From Methanobacteriota archaeon (lineage in GTDB: Archaea; Thermoplasmatota; Poseidoniia; Poseidoniales; Thalassarchaeaceae), in the NCBI GenBank assembly GCA_002730095.1, contig PBZE01000047.1, positions 1 through 45,876 of the forward strand: a stretch of 45,876 nt of DNA, in the 5' to 3' direction. Numbering within the stretch: the stretch's first letter is position 1; each line of letters begins with the position of its first letter. Of this stretch, positions 28,401 to 37,106 are shown one piece after another. The position numbers were made by a program, and so were the translations under genes. The notes beneath the pieces were generated by a model that made no database searches, was not told the DNA's origin, and saw only the letters and a program-made list of their open reading frames with translations.

Positions 28401-29200
28401 CCTTTGGTTGTAGCATGCATCCCTATCCAAAGATTCGAGGATGCTATGCCAAGAGCAGCCAGATTCCCAGATTTTCTGTGAACCGCTAGTCCGTGCACTA
28501 GGATAGTGGAGATCAGAATCATCAACGCTACTCCCTCTTGGCCGTATAGGGAGCCCGCTGTGGACCCAATAGCGAGAAGCACCAATGTTGATTGAGCGGC
28601 AATAGCATCATGCTCATATCTGTAGGAGGCAGCGATATTGAGGCATACTACGACAATCAAAATAGCGCCTAATCCCTCAACTCCAACAATTCCCCACCTC
28701 TGTAATTCTAGAGATAAACCGTAAAGTACCTTCATGGAGATGATGACCCATGTTATTCCCAGAACTCTCAACCTTCGGTCACTCGACCATCTCTCTCCGA
28801 AGAAGAAACCAACTACTGCGAGAAAAACCAATGAGAAAGATGCAAGCATTGGTTCGAAAACGAAACCAATTTGAAATCCTATGGCACTGTAAACTAAAAT
28901 CATGGCTCCCATAAGAATCCAGTTAATGCCCCTCTCACCATCGACAGATATCTCAGTCACTATGTCTGATTCTGGGGCCGATTTTACAGTCCCATCCCTC
29001 TCGATAGCCCCCTTGCTCTTCTTGTCTGAGAATGGATCGAAGAGCTCTCCAATGGCCTCATCGACTTCTTCGTTGACTTCACTCCCTACATCGTCCCCGT
29101 CGAATAGGGCAGTATCGACAAGGTCCCCGATATCCAACTTGTCACTGATCCTAAATGCCCGTTCTCGGATGATTTCGTCTTCCGAGGCGTCATCCACCAT
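25493..29200 (-). CDS. Very large polytopic membrane protein of unknown function
   Basis: 1235-aa ORF that is almost wholly hydrophobic helices, with an acidic N-terminus and one charged loop. Confidence 0.75.
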   Translation of the reverse strand: MVDDASEDEIIRERAFRISDKLDIGDLVDTALFDGDDVGSEVNEEVDEAIGELFDPFSDKKSKGAIERDGTVKSAPESDIVTEISVDGERGINWILMGAMILVYSAIGFQIGFVFEPMLASFSLVFLAVVGFFFGERWSSDRRLRVLGITWVIISMKVLYGLSLELQRWGIVGVEGLGAILIVVVCLNIAASYRYEHDAIAAQSTLVLLAIGSTAGSLYGQEGVALMILISTILVHGLAVHRKSGNLAALGIASSNLWIGMHATTKGFEIGELRVMALDRPLLLFVLLLGITALNASMATRFAKEENWFSKGLNVLGLGSPGLWGVSVSMGLMGALLTVAANSGDLGYALGLVTVLTGAFSGSYLVVRGVSVGRVFYPLSAVALILLFFLLFGQSFSDLYNVSEYSIFTIVGSVSVGTIILRDQNSVTDRVLWMGTVAVLTLLVILVPADSVDSGGDGGALLLGMLSVLHIGSGTLAIKRKSPSLAGVTVLLPWSWIIAEQFIQEAVRTLLISNDLEDPGSIIEMDPGPLAIYLLICSVMMILVNERMGKVDVNLASKFLGISEISASIRDSGALQLWSLGLWLPMVSIMFLAQFGAFTSLTLLMVVGALWGMHTLAHFRGVRMGSLDMMIGTIIVTAMIIQWRHGMGEYISILICIILVTNLLIGRQDKEMFTVSMGSMGIALLLMVPDREISTYLEGFSSLPVLDSPIVAICSTAAILGIYLPKSGSTDELLKPALSSLWLMSICIAVAYVQGNSTYLAISILMFMVATIWLVAKGELRRELKTVTKMSERRAMALKKANDGNEGADLATYDAREAEMMATRRKSREKSETDDVEELYTSDISHKPIIVIAVMILVFISGIVLGLTTGPNPVLLLGVGVFVTVLIAIARFRTKQLELDLPHFLGMEMPIAIGISGLVAMHISSLLGPGASNMDLSSMGVLTILIMELCLISLYQQDNMLDRIPIAVDWFIYSLLADRFLGVILYESMPWPLRVDPFSGDSLEWEIPLLGLELCLLLAVLVSYWIGELRENKGREHEHGIAVGMRSLTVILLSTGIAAIVAILYSINHGWRRKLPDAVGIAILGMAMSMISIGSWADSISGITGEIYILMGIILLVMLASTLLTKGDRWSGMLSTNAHLLLIVGSIASGLAFMIPIFLILLSTTVWVIGILQLRKSLRALGLFDLLVAIITSAVFYGGILFQPHVFLIGLSIIALELGIISWLGLSNEDSLAKS

Positions 29201-29319
29201 CGTACTGCGTAGAGCATATGAGGGATAATGACATCCCCGATTAATTCATTCTGACATCAGTTCGATTCTGATTCCATCTCTTCCGTAACCCTTGAAGCTA
29301 GATGTACTAGTCGGGACCC

Positions 29320-30942
29320 ATGGGGGACCGAGCACTTTCGGGCTCCAGCCCCATGGCACATACTCCATTGTCGGAGCACGGCCTCAATGTGAGGGGCACA
29401 GTCCATTGGAATCTAGGGTCGGAAGAATTACACGAAATGGCAGTTTCTAGGAAGGAGGCCAAGTATACATCTCACGGAGTTCTACTAGCGACAACTGGGG
29501 AGAGAACGGGAAGATCACCCAATGACCGATTTATTGTCAAAGAACCAGGGCTTGCGGACGATGTCTGGTGGGGACAAGTAAACAGACCAATATCCGCCGA
29601 AAAATTTGAGCGACTTTTGGATAAGACTAGGGAGCATCTCAATGGGTGTAGCGACCTTTTTGTGAAAGATGCATTCTGTGGAGCCGATTCTAGACACACC
29701 ATGCCAGTAAGGCTGGTTACCGAGAAAGCGTGGCACGCAGCTTTCATGCACAACATGTTCGTGAGGGCCTCTGAAGAAGATTTGAGGGAACATGCCCCGG
29801 AGTACACAATACTCCATGCCCCAAATCTGAGGGCAGTTCCAAACCAAGATGGCACGAATTCAGGGGTCTTCGTCGTCCTTGCCCTAGATAGGGGACTTGT
29901 GATAATTGGCGGGACCCATTATGCAGGTGAGATAAAAAAGGCCATTTTCACTATTATGAATCACATATTACCAGCCAAGGGGCTTCTCCCAATGCACTGC
30001 TCGGCGAATACCGACGGAATCAACTCAGCTTTGTTTTTCGGACTTTCCGGAACTGGAAAGACGACTCTTTCCGCAGATCCAGAAAGGGCCCTTGTAGGGG
30101 ACGATGAACACGGATGGTCAGATGAAGGAGTATTCAACTTCGAAGGTGGATGCTATGCCAAACTAATCAATCTATCAAAGAAGGACGAACCAGCAATTTT
30201 CGCCACTACTAGGATGAAAGGTACGATTCTGGAAAACGTAGTGCTTAATGCGGATGGTACGCCAGATTTCACGAATGACTCACTAACTCAGAATACTAGG
30301 GGCTCATATCCGATAGAATCCATCGAGAATAGGACACCTGACTCCATGGCTGGCAACCCGAAGAACGTCGTGTTTCTCACATGTGATGCATTCGGCGTCC
30401 TTCCCCCACTTTCCAGGCTCACTCCTGAGCAGGCCGCATATCACTTCATATCTGGCTATACCGCTAAAGTCGCTGGCACAGAGATTGGAATAACTGAGCC
30501 GCAGGCTACCTTCTCAACATGCTTTGGCGCTCCATTCATGCCGAGACACCCCTCAGTATACGCGGATCTATTGTCAAAGAAAATCAGAGATAACGATGCC
30601 AAGTGCTGGCTGATTAACACCGGTTGGGTTGCCGGTGGATATGGTGATAGTAGCAGAATCAAAATCAAGTGGACAAGAGCCCTCCTAAATGCTGCACTGA
30701 AGGGAGATCTGGACGACGTTGTCTTCGTTAAAGATCGAAGATTCGGATTCTCAGTTCCAACGACTTGCGAGGGAGTTCCGGACAGCATCCTTCAGCCAAG
30801 AGAGACTTGGAATGACAAGAAGAAGTTCGACAACGTGGCAGATCTTCTCGCTCAAATGTTCATCGAGAACTTCGACCAGTACAAAGATGGGTGCAGTGAA
30901 GCCGTCATGTCATCTTCTCCAATAGTCCTGGGAAGCGAGTGA
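29320..30942 (+). CDS. pckA: Phosphoenolpyruvate carboxykinase (ATP)
   Basis: TGRSP.DRF, YAGEIKK, MHCSAN, FFGLSGTGKTTLS, GDDEHGW, NFEGGCYAK, NTGW; alternative start at 29353. Confidence 0.96.
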   Translation: MGDRALSGSSPMAHTPLSEHGLNVRGTVHWNLGSEELHEMAVSRKEAKYTSHGVLLATTGERTGRSPNDRFIVKEPGLADDVWWGQVNRPISAEKFERLLDKTREHLNGCSDLFVKDAFCGADSRHTMPVRLVTEKAWHAAFMHNMFVRASEEDLREHAPEYTILHAPNLRAVPNQDGTNSGVFVVLALDRGLVIIGGTHYAGEIKKAIFTIMNHILPAKGLLPMHCSANTDGINSALFFGLSGTGKTTLSADPERALVGDDEHGWSDEGVFNFEGGCYAKLINLSKKDEPAIFATTRMKGTILENVVLNADGTPDFTNDSLTQNTRGSYPIESIENRTPDSMAGNPKNVVFLTCDAFGVLPPLSRLTPEQAAYHFISGYTAKVAGTEIGITEPQATFSTCFGAPFMPRHPSVYADLLSKKIRDNDAKCWLINTGWVAGGYGDSSRIKIKWTRALLNAALKGDLDDVVFVKDRRFGFSVPTTCEGVPDSILQPRETWNDKKKFDNVADLLAQMFIENFDQYKDGCSEAVMSSSPIVLGSE

Positions 30943-30956
30943 GACCCATCTCTGGG

Positions 30957-31385
30957 CTAACAGCATCCCTCTTCTTTCATCGGGGCGCTGATGAAGGATA
31001 CCTTGTCCACATGGGGCGTATTCTGAAGCTGCTCATAGACCGCCCTCACATGCGATGCAGTACCCCTGACGTGAACCACGTCTACACACAAATGGCACGA
31101 ATGTCCTAGCCGACTGCTGTGATGATACGCCGCTACCTCAACAGAATCAGTGCGACTCACCATCAACTTCTGCTCACTCTTCTCCTGATAATGAACGACC
31201 AAATGCCCCTCGACAATATGGCCATCATCCATATTCATCAAATCCCCTCTCTGCTGGATCTCCGCAAAGTACATCGATGCATCCCTGAGAAAGCGACTCC
31301 GGTTCTGATAGCCCGATTTTTCGATTAGACTTTCGAATGACTCAGCGAATTCCTTGTCAGCACTGAATGAAATTATTCTACTCAT
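30957..31385 (-). CDS. NikR/CopG-type ribbon-helix-helix metalloregulator
   Basis: IISFS.D....F......GY.NRS...RDA RHH domain; ACT-like C-domain with HH....GHSCHLC...V.G; divergent from the metal ABC operon. Confidence 0.8.
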   Translation of the reverse strand: MSRIISFSADKEFAESFESLIEKSGYQNRSRFLRDASMYFAEIQQRGDLMNMDDGHIVEGHLVVHYQEKSEQKLMVSRTDSVEVAAYHHSSRLGHSCHLCVDVVHVRGTASHVRAVYEQLQNTPHVDKVSFISAPMKEEGCC

Positions 31386-31399
31386 AGAACTCCGACAAA

Positions 31400-31474
31400 G
31401 CAATTAGTAATAATAATTTTGAATTATGTAATTATTAGCTTTAATTAAATATGTAATAGCTACCCGAAAGGGTA
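31400..31474. promoter_or_regulatory. AT-rich divergent promoter with candidate operator
   Basis: Inverted repeat TAATAATT-N11-AATTATTA (31411-31437); TATGTAAT direct repeat (31425, 31450); TACCC-GAAA-GGGTA hairpin (31461-31474). Confidence 0.55.
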
Positions 31475-33717
31475 TGAAGAGTGTAGCATACAGGTCAATA
31501 TTGCTAAGCGTACTAATGATTACATCAAGCCTTGCAGGCTGTCTAGGGGACACTGAAGAAGATAGTACTGATGATACCAATCAAATCGAGGATCCTATCA
31601 CTGTCTTCGGCTCAGTGATGGTTTCCACATATCACGTTGGTGAGCTGGTAAAGGCAGTAGCCGGAGAACATGTAGAGATCGACTACATGAGCCAGGATAA
31701 TATCCCTGTGCACGATTACGACCCATCAGCTTCTGATCTAATCAGACTACAACAGGCCGATGTCTTCTTTTATCACGGGTTGAACCTAGAACCTTGGGTT
31801 GACTCAGCTTTGGAGTCACTGGGTTCCGATGCACCCCTCTCTTTCATGACGCACAAAATGGCATCCGGAGAAACAACTCTAGATTACCAGTCTCTCTTAG
31901 TTGCTGACCTTTGTGAGCTGTTGAACCAAGGACCATTCGAAGCCACCACTCTGGGATCGATGCCGGAAGACCACGACGACCACGACGACGACCACGACGA
32001 TGACCACGACGATGACCACGACGACGAAGGCGGTATGCAGACTGCAGCGGGCCATGGCGACCACTCAGATGACGATGACCACGATGACCACGATGACCAC
32101 GATGACCATGAAGGACATGGTCACGCTATGGCCGAGAAGGTAATCCAGAATCCAGAGGCATGCCCGGCTGATACGACCATCCAGGTATTCCACATGGAAG
32201 AAGGTGAGCACGTACTAGAGTTCGAGTCAGAGCATGGGGAGGAGTTCAACATGGCGGTTCTAAAGATGCTAGGAGGGCACGCTCATCACCATCATGACCA
32301 TGGCGACGACCACGATGATGATCACTCGGACGACGAGGATGACCATGGTGAGGGATTGTGTCACAACACCGACACCCATGAGAACTACGAGTCGACGGAG
32401 GAAGACTGCGAGGCCGCAGGCCATATGTGGATGGGCCATGAAGATCATGATCTGCCAGAAATCCACGCGGACCGAGTTGCCCACACCCTCTCTTTCCCAA
32501 TTCACATAGCTGGGGACTGGGTAGACGAGTGGGGAGGTGAACACTCCATCGACTCAGACTCATGGAATGACAACACCATCACACACTATGATAATCATGA
32601 GATGTGGGCCGTCGCTCAGAACAGTGAGGATGATCAGTATTACCCAGGGCTCTGGTCGAAGTACGACTGGACATGGGAATTAGAAGAGCTGTACTACTGC
32701 CAGTCCACATTCGGCGCTGATACAGAGGCAGACGCATTGGCTGCCGAGAGCGCTAACGCTAGTGATTTAGCGGCCGGATGTGGTGGATTCCCGTGGAGCC
32801 TAATGGAAGAAGTCGGCCATGACGACCATGACGATCACGGAGACGACCACTCAGACGACGAGGGCGACCACGATGACGACCATGACGATCACGGAGACGA
32901 CCACTCAGACCACGAGGATGACCATGACGAACACCATGAAATTGGAGCAGTAATCATCCATATTGAGGAAGAAGGTGACTATGGATTTGCCATGCCCAGC
33001 GACATTGAACTCTATGTCGTAATGGGAGAAGGAGGGCATGACGACCATGGAGACCATGACGATCACGGAGACGACCACTCAGACGACGAGGGCGACCACG
33101 ATGACGACCACTCTGACGAGGATGGAGATCACGATGACCATGACGATGAGATTGAGGCTGACCAGGATGAGGAGTCATACGACTACGATCCACACAGCTG
33201 GCTCGATCCAGTTTCGTTCAACGAGCAACTCAAATTGGTTCAGGAAAAACTGACCATGGCCTTCCCAGATGGGGCTGTTGCATTCGCAGAAAACGCTGAT
33301 GCATACTCGATCGAGTTAACTGAGCTTCATGATCGCTTCGAGCAGGTACTGGGGAATCAAGGAACCTGTGTCACAGCAGGCTTGCAAAGGGTGATTGTGG
33401 CCAATCACAACGCTTACTCGTACATCTCGGTGAGGTACAATCTAGACATACTCACCATACATGGCTTAGATCCAGAAGGAGAGCCTTCACCAGCCGAAGT
33501 AGCTGAGGTCATTGAGCACATCAAGGAAGAGGGAATTACAACCCTCTTCGTTGAGGAATACACTGACCAGACAGCCGTTCAGAGCATCGTTGAGGAGACT
33601 GGCGTGGAGGTCCAGGTCCTATACACGATGGAGATGCGACCCAGTGATTCCTCGGATGACTACTTGTCCATGATGAACAAGAACATCGAAAACATATCTA
33701 GCGGAATTGGCTGCTAG
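31474..33717 (+). CDS. znuA: Metal (Zn/Mn cluster A-I) ABC transporter substrate-binding lipoprotein with giant His/Asp-rich insert
   Basis: LAGC lipobox, PVHDYDPS, FYHGLNLEPW, DPHSWLDP, HNAYSY, EPSPAE, DYLSMM..N. Confidence 0.85.
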   Translation: MKSVAYRSILLSVLMITSSLAGCLGDTEEDSTDDTNQIEDPITVFGSVMVSTYHVGELVKAVAGEHVEIDYMSQDNIPVHDYDPSASDLIRLQQADVFFYHGLNLEPWVDSALESLGSDAPLSFMTHKMASGETTLDYQSLLVADLCELLNQGPFEATTLGSMPEDHDDHDDDHDDDHDDDHDDEGGMQTAAGHGDHSDDDDHDDHDDHDDHEGHGHAMAEKVIQNPEACPADTTIQVFHMEEGEHVLEFESEHGEEFNMAVLKMLGGHAHHHHDHGDDHDDDHSDDEDDHGEGLCHNTDTHENYESTEEDCEAAGHMWMGHEDHDLPEIHADRVAHTLSFPIHIAGDWVDEWGGEHSIDSDSWNDNTITHYDNHEMWAVAQNSEDDQYYPGLWSKYDWTWELEELYYCQSTFGADTEADALAAESANASDLAAGCGGFPWSLMEEVGHDDHDDHGDDHSDDEGDHDDDHDDHGDDHSDHEDDHDEHHEIGAVIIHIEEEGDYGFAMPSDIELYVVMGEGGHDDHGDHDDHGDDHSDDEGDHDDDHSDEDGDHDDHDDEIEADQDEESYDYDPHSWLDPVSFNEQLKLVQEKLTMAFPDGAVAFAENADAYSIELTELHDRFEQVLGNQGTCVTAGLQRVIVANHNAYSYISVRYNLDILTIHGLDPEGEPSPAEVAEVIEHIKEEGITTLFVEEYTDQTAVQSIVEETGVEVQVLYTMEMRPSDSSDDYLSMMNKNIENISSGIGC
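31969..33150 (+). repeat. His/Asp-encoding low-complexity tracts, including a perfect 59-nt direct repeat (32824-32882 = 33052-33110) and a partial tandem copy (32875-32910)
   Basis: Direct sequence comparison; GAC/CAC/GAT codon arrays in several blocks. Confidence 0.85.
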
Positions 33718-33754
33718 ATCTGAACCATGTTTAACAAGAAGGAGGGGGGAATAG

Positions 33755-33856
33755 ATGTATTTGTCCGATGGACTACCCATAATTTTCGTGGGCTCTATTT
33801 TCCTCCTTCTTACATGTTGGTTAGGATACGAATACGTAAGGGCTAAGTATGCTTGA
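33755..33856 (+). CDS. Putative 33-aa single-pass membrane protein (MYLSDGLPIIFVGSIFLLLTCWLGYEYVRAKYA)
   Basis: Translated by hand; strong purine SD-like tract AAGGAGGGGGGA upstream; one hydrophobic helix with a basic tail; lies between znuA and znuC. Confidence 0.55.
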   Translation: MYLSDGLPIIFVGSIFLLLTCWLGYEYVRAKYA

Positions 33857-33942
33857 ACCAACAAATCTCCTTTTGTCATCCCTCTGTCTTCAGAGTTGGA
33901 ACGATTCTACATGCATTCGACAGGAGCTTAGTTCGTAGGGTG

Positions 33943-34734
33943 ATGATGTTGGGAAAGCCCATACTTGACGTCTGCGATCTTTCCGTGGTGAGGTCTGGTA
34001 AGCAAATCTTGGAAGACGTCTGTCTAACGGTAAATGAGGGAGAGTTCGTTGGCATAGTGGGTCCTAACGGAAGTGGCAAGTCCACATTCCTGCTATCCGT
34101 TCTCGGGATTCTGAAGGCAGAAAGTGGCTTTGTTGAGATATACGGCCTTCCTCCGACGTCAAGAAAGCTCCATAGAAAGATTGGCTGGGTTTCTCAAGCC
34201 GCGGCAAATCTTCCCAAGGATGTCAGAATTACCGTACGCGAGCTGGTCAGACTCGGAACGATAAACTCGGCAAATATGTTTGATTGGGCTGATAACGGGC
34301 GTAGAGAGAGAGTCGACAAAGCAATCAAGATGACAGGCCTCAAGGAAGTAGAGAATACTGACATTGGTCGATTATCGGGTGGTCAGAGACAACGTGCCGT
34401 CATCGCAAGAGCGTTGGCATCAGAGGCAGACTTCATTCTGCTGGATGAGCCACTGGTGGGAGTCGATCGAGACTCCAGAAACTCTCTGCTAAGGCTGCTA
34501 GACAGACTCTGTCACGACGAAGGGAAGACGATTCTGATGGTTTCTCACGATTTGACGGCGATACGTCAGACTGCACACAGGATGGTGTTCCTCGAGGGAT
34601 CTGTAAGATTTGATGGCCCCACCAAAAGCTTCCCGGATTTTCAGAGGCTGGCCGATTTGAGAGGAATTCAGGCAGTTCATGGTGATAAGGAAGTTTACTG
34701 GGAAACCACATCAAACCATAAGGAGGAATTGTGA
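33943..34734 (+). CDS. znuC: Metal ABC transporter ATP-binding protein
   Basis: GPNGSGKST, LSGGQRQR, LLDEP, VSHDL; the ORF-track start at 33853 is probably over-extended. Confidence 0.88.
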   Translation: MMLGKPILDVCDLSVVRSGKQILEDVCLTVNEGEFVGIVGPNGSGKSTFLLSVLGILKAESGFVEIYGLPPTSRKLHRKIGWVSQAAANLPKDVRITVRELVRLGTINSANMFDWADNGRRERVDKAIKMTGLKEVENTDIGRLSGGQRQRAVIARALASEADFILLDEPLVGVDRDSRNSLLRLLDRLCHDEGKTILMVSHDLTAIRQTAHRMVFLEGSVRFDGPTKSFPDFQRLADLRGIQAVHGDKEVYWETTSNHKEEL

Positions 34735-35702
34735 TGGGCCTAGGCATAGAGATTTTAGAGATTCTCGCACCAATCATGGAGTCACTTGCACCTCACATGC
34801 CGGGAGAGGTTTTCCCCGAATTTTTCACTTTAGAAATGTTCCAGCGTTCAATGCTTGCAGCCTTAATGGTAGCTATTGTGGGAGGATTCCTAGGGTCTTT
34901 CCTTCTCGTTCGTAATCTTGCATTGATAGGAGACGGACTGGCTCATGTTTCGTTCGGTGGAGTCGCCATCGGAATCGTTCTCGGAGCAACTTCTCCCCTA
35001 TGGTACGCCCTCATGTTCAGCCTCGCTGCTTCTATTCTGATTTACGAAATGCAAGCAAGAGAAATTCTAACTGGAGATGCCTCTATTGCTATTTTTCTGA
35101 CTGGAATGTTGGCACTCGGACTCGTGGTTCTCAGATACTATGGTGTGGGAATTACAGTTGAGGTTGAAAGCTACCTATGGGGGAGCCTTTTACTCACGTC
35201 CTCCGAAGATCTAGATTTGATTGCAGCTATCAGTGTGATGTCTTTCGTCCTTCTTTACCTGATTAAAGATCCATTGCTAGCAACTACTGTTGATCCATTG
35301 GCAGCATCAGTTCAGGGAATCCCTGTTCGCTTAATCGGCCTGGTTTTCAGTGCCATAACTGCGGCGGTCGTGGTGAGCATGGTGCAAGTCGTAGGCACTC
35401 TTCTTGTCACAGCTTTGCTGGTAACTCCCGCAGCCACTGCACAACAAGTAGGAAGGAGCTTTCGTTCATGTTTGATGTTTACACAGGTCTTCGGCATAAG
35501 CTCCGTTATCTTGGGCCTTTATTTCTCTGCAGAGCTCGATACGGGAAGCGGCTCAATGATCGCACTAGTTTCCGCCGTTATTTTCACTGTAGTAGTATAT
35601 CTGGCAAATGCCGACTGGCTTGCGCGTTCCTTTGCAAGCTTCCGACTACGGATCACAGGTATCTCCATACCATGGTTCGAGAGAGTCGCCCGCAGGAAAT
35701 AA
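34731..35702 (+). CDS. znuB: Metal ABC transporter permease
   Basis: GDGLAHVSFGG, SYLWGS, VGTLLV.ALLV.PAATA, SG..I; AAGGAGG SD. Confidence 0.88.
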   Translation: MMGLGIEILEILAPIMESLAPHMPGEVFPEFFTLEMFQRSMLAALMVAIVGGFLGSFLLVRNLALIGDGLAHVSFGGVAIGIVLGATSPLWYALMFSLAASILIYEMQAREILTGDASIAIFLTGMLALGLVVLRYYGVGITVEVESYLWGSLLLTSSEDLDLIAAISVMSFVLLYLIKDPLLATTVDPLAASVQGIPVRLIGLVFSAITAAVVVSMVQVVGTLLVTALLVTPAATAQQVGRSFRSCLMFTQVFGISSVILGLYFSAELDTGSGSMIALVSAVIFTVVVYLANADWLARSFASFRLRITGISIPWFERVARRK

Positions 35703-35709
35703 TAGAATT

Positions 35710-36177
35710 TCACAGAACATTCTCTACTATGGCTTCCATAGACTGCCCCTTGCCACAGTAGTAGCACCTAATCTCAATCGGATCCCTACTGACTACCCTG
35801 AGCTTCTGCGGCAGAGGCTCCCTATCGTTCTGGGTAATGCAGTTTGAAAATGTGCATCTAGCCACATTGACAAGCTCATCAGCCAGCTCTACTACTCTCT
35901 TCTCAGCAACACCGTAGTTTCTGATTATTGCAACACTGGCGTGAGGAGAGATCAAAGCTAGCCTATCTAGCTCCTCTTGATTTAGCTCCAAATCTTCGAT
36001 CTTCAGTACGTCCTTCCTCCCCATCTTGTCACTGGGGACATTCATGACCAAGGAAACGGGATTTGATCTGTTCGTGTCTATTCTAAGCATCCTGATTACT
36101 TGCAGAGCGTGGCCTGCAGGAATATGGTCAATTACAGTTCCATTGCATATGGCAGTGACTCTCCTCATCTCGCTCAT
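35710..36177 (-). CDS. pyrI: Aspartate carbamoyltransferase regulatory chain
   Basis: V.AI.NGTVIDHI, NVPS.KMGRKD..KIE, C...NCIT, RCYYC. Confidence 0.96.
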   Translation of the reverse strand: MSEMRRVTAICNGTVIDHIPAGHALQVIRMLRIDTNRSNPVSLVMNVPSDKMGRKDVLKIEDLELNQEELDRLALISPHASVAIIRNYGVAEKRVVELADELVNVARCTFSNCITQNDREPLPQKLRVVSRDPIEIRCYYCGKGQSMEAIVENVL

Positions 36178-37106
36178 GTATTCACCTCCTTTGGAATCGT
36201 AACGCCCAGACCTCTACACAGTAGTGCCATTCTAGTAGGCACCCCATTGAACGCCTGTTGGAAGTACCTAGCATTGGGAGTGGAGTCTAGGCTTGGATGC
36301 AACTCTCCAACTCTTGGAAGTGGGTGCATTACTATCATCCCATCTTTTGCCCCGTGCATGTCATTAGCATCTAGCATGTAGATTCCTGCAACTTTCGCAT
36401 ATTCGTCCTCATCAGGAAACCGCTCTTTCTGAATTCTTGTCATGTATATGACGTCCGCATCTGGAACAGCGTCGCCAAGGTCCGAGGTCTCGAAAACCTC
36501 AGCTCCAGCGCTCCGCAAGTCACTGACGATTTCATCAGGCATAGATAGTGCCTCAGGGGAAACCAAAGTCAGCTTCGCCCCGAAACGGATTAGGGCGTGA
36601 GACAAGCTATGCACGGTCCTGCCGTATCTTAGGTCGCCAACCAAAACCACATTCAATCCCTCGATTGTTCCGTGTGCCTCTCTTATGGTGAAAAGATCCA
36701 ACATGGTCTGTGTAGGATGATTTCCCGCCCCATCCCCCGCATTTAGGACCGGGATGTCTACTGCATCTGCGCTGTACTGGGCTGCACCCTGTCTCGGGTG
36801 CCTAATCACAGCGATATCAGCATAGCCTTCGACCATCTGCATTGTATCATACAAAGTCTCTCCCTTCGCCACAGATGTTCCTACGGACGTGAAGTTCAGG
36901 ACCGAACCACCTAGACGCTTCATAGCTGTCTCGAAAGACATCCTAGTCCTCGTTGAGTTCTCATAGAACATGTTAGCGAGTACTTTCCCCTGAAGAAGTG
37001 GTAGGTGAACATCACCTCTAGCCACTGGCACCAATCTCTCGGAATCATCGAGTATGGACAATATCTCTTCATTGCTAAGGTCATCCATAGTCACTACGTC
37101 GGACAT
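36174..37106 (-). CDS. pyrB: Aspartate carbamoyltransferase catalytic chain
   Basis: FYENSTRTRMSFE, NAGDG...HPTQ, GDLRYGRTVHSL, RIQKER, MHPLPR. Confidence 0.97.
   Translation of the reverse strand: MSDVVTMDDLSNEEILSILDDSERLVPVARGDVHLPLLQGKVLANMFYENSTRTRMSFETAMKRLGGSVLNFTSVGTSVAKGETLYDTMQMVEGYADIAVIRHPRQGAAQYSADAVDIPVLNAGDGAGNHPTQTMLDLFTIREAHGTIEGLNVVLVGDLRYGRTVHSLSHALIRFGAKLTLVSPEALSMPDEIVSDLRSAGAEVFETSDLGDAVPDADVIYMTRIQKERFPDEDEYAKVAGIYMLDANDMHGAKDGMIVMHPLPRVGELHPSLDSTPNARYFQQAFNGVPTRMALLCRGLGVTIPKEVNT

Noticed and set aside
31969-33150. Repeats as a possible CRISPR array
   Set aside because: They are in-frame His/Asp codon repeats with no constant repeat-spacer period, and no cas genes are present.
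33619-33942. ORF 33619-33879 (-) and the znuC extension from 33853
   Set aside because: Antisense shadow and over-extension; ABC homology begins near 33943.
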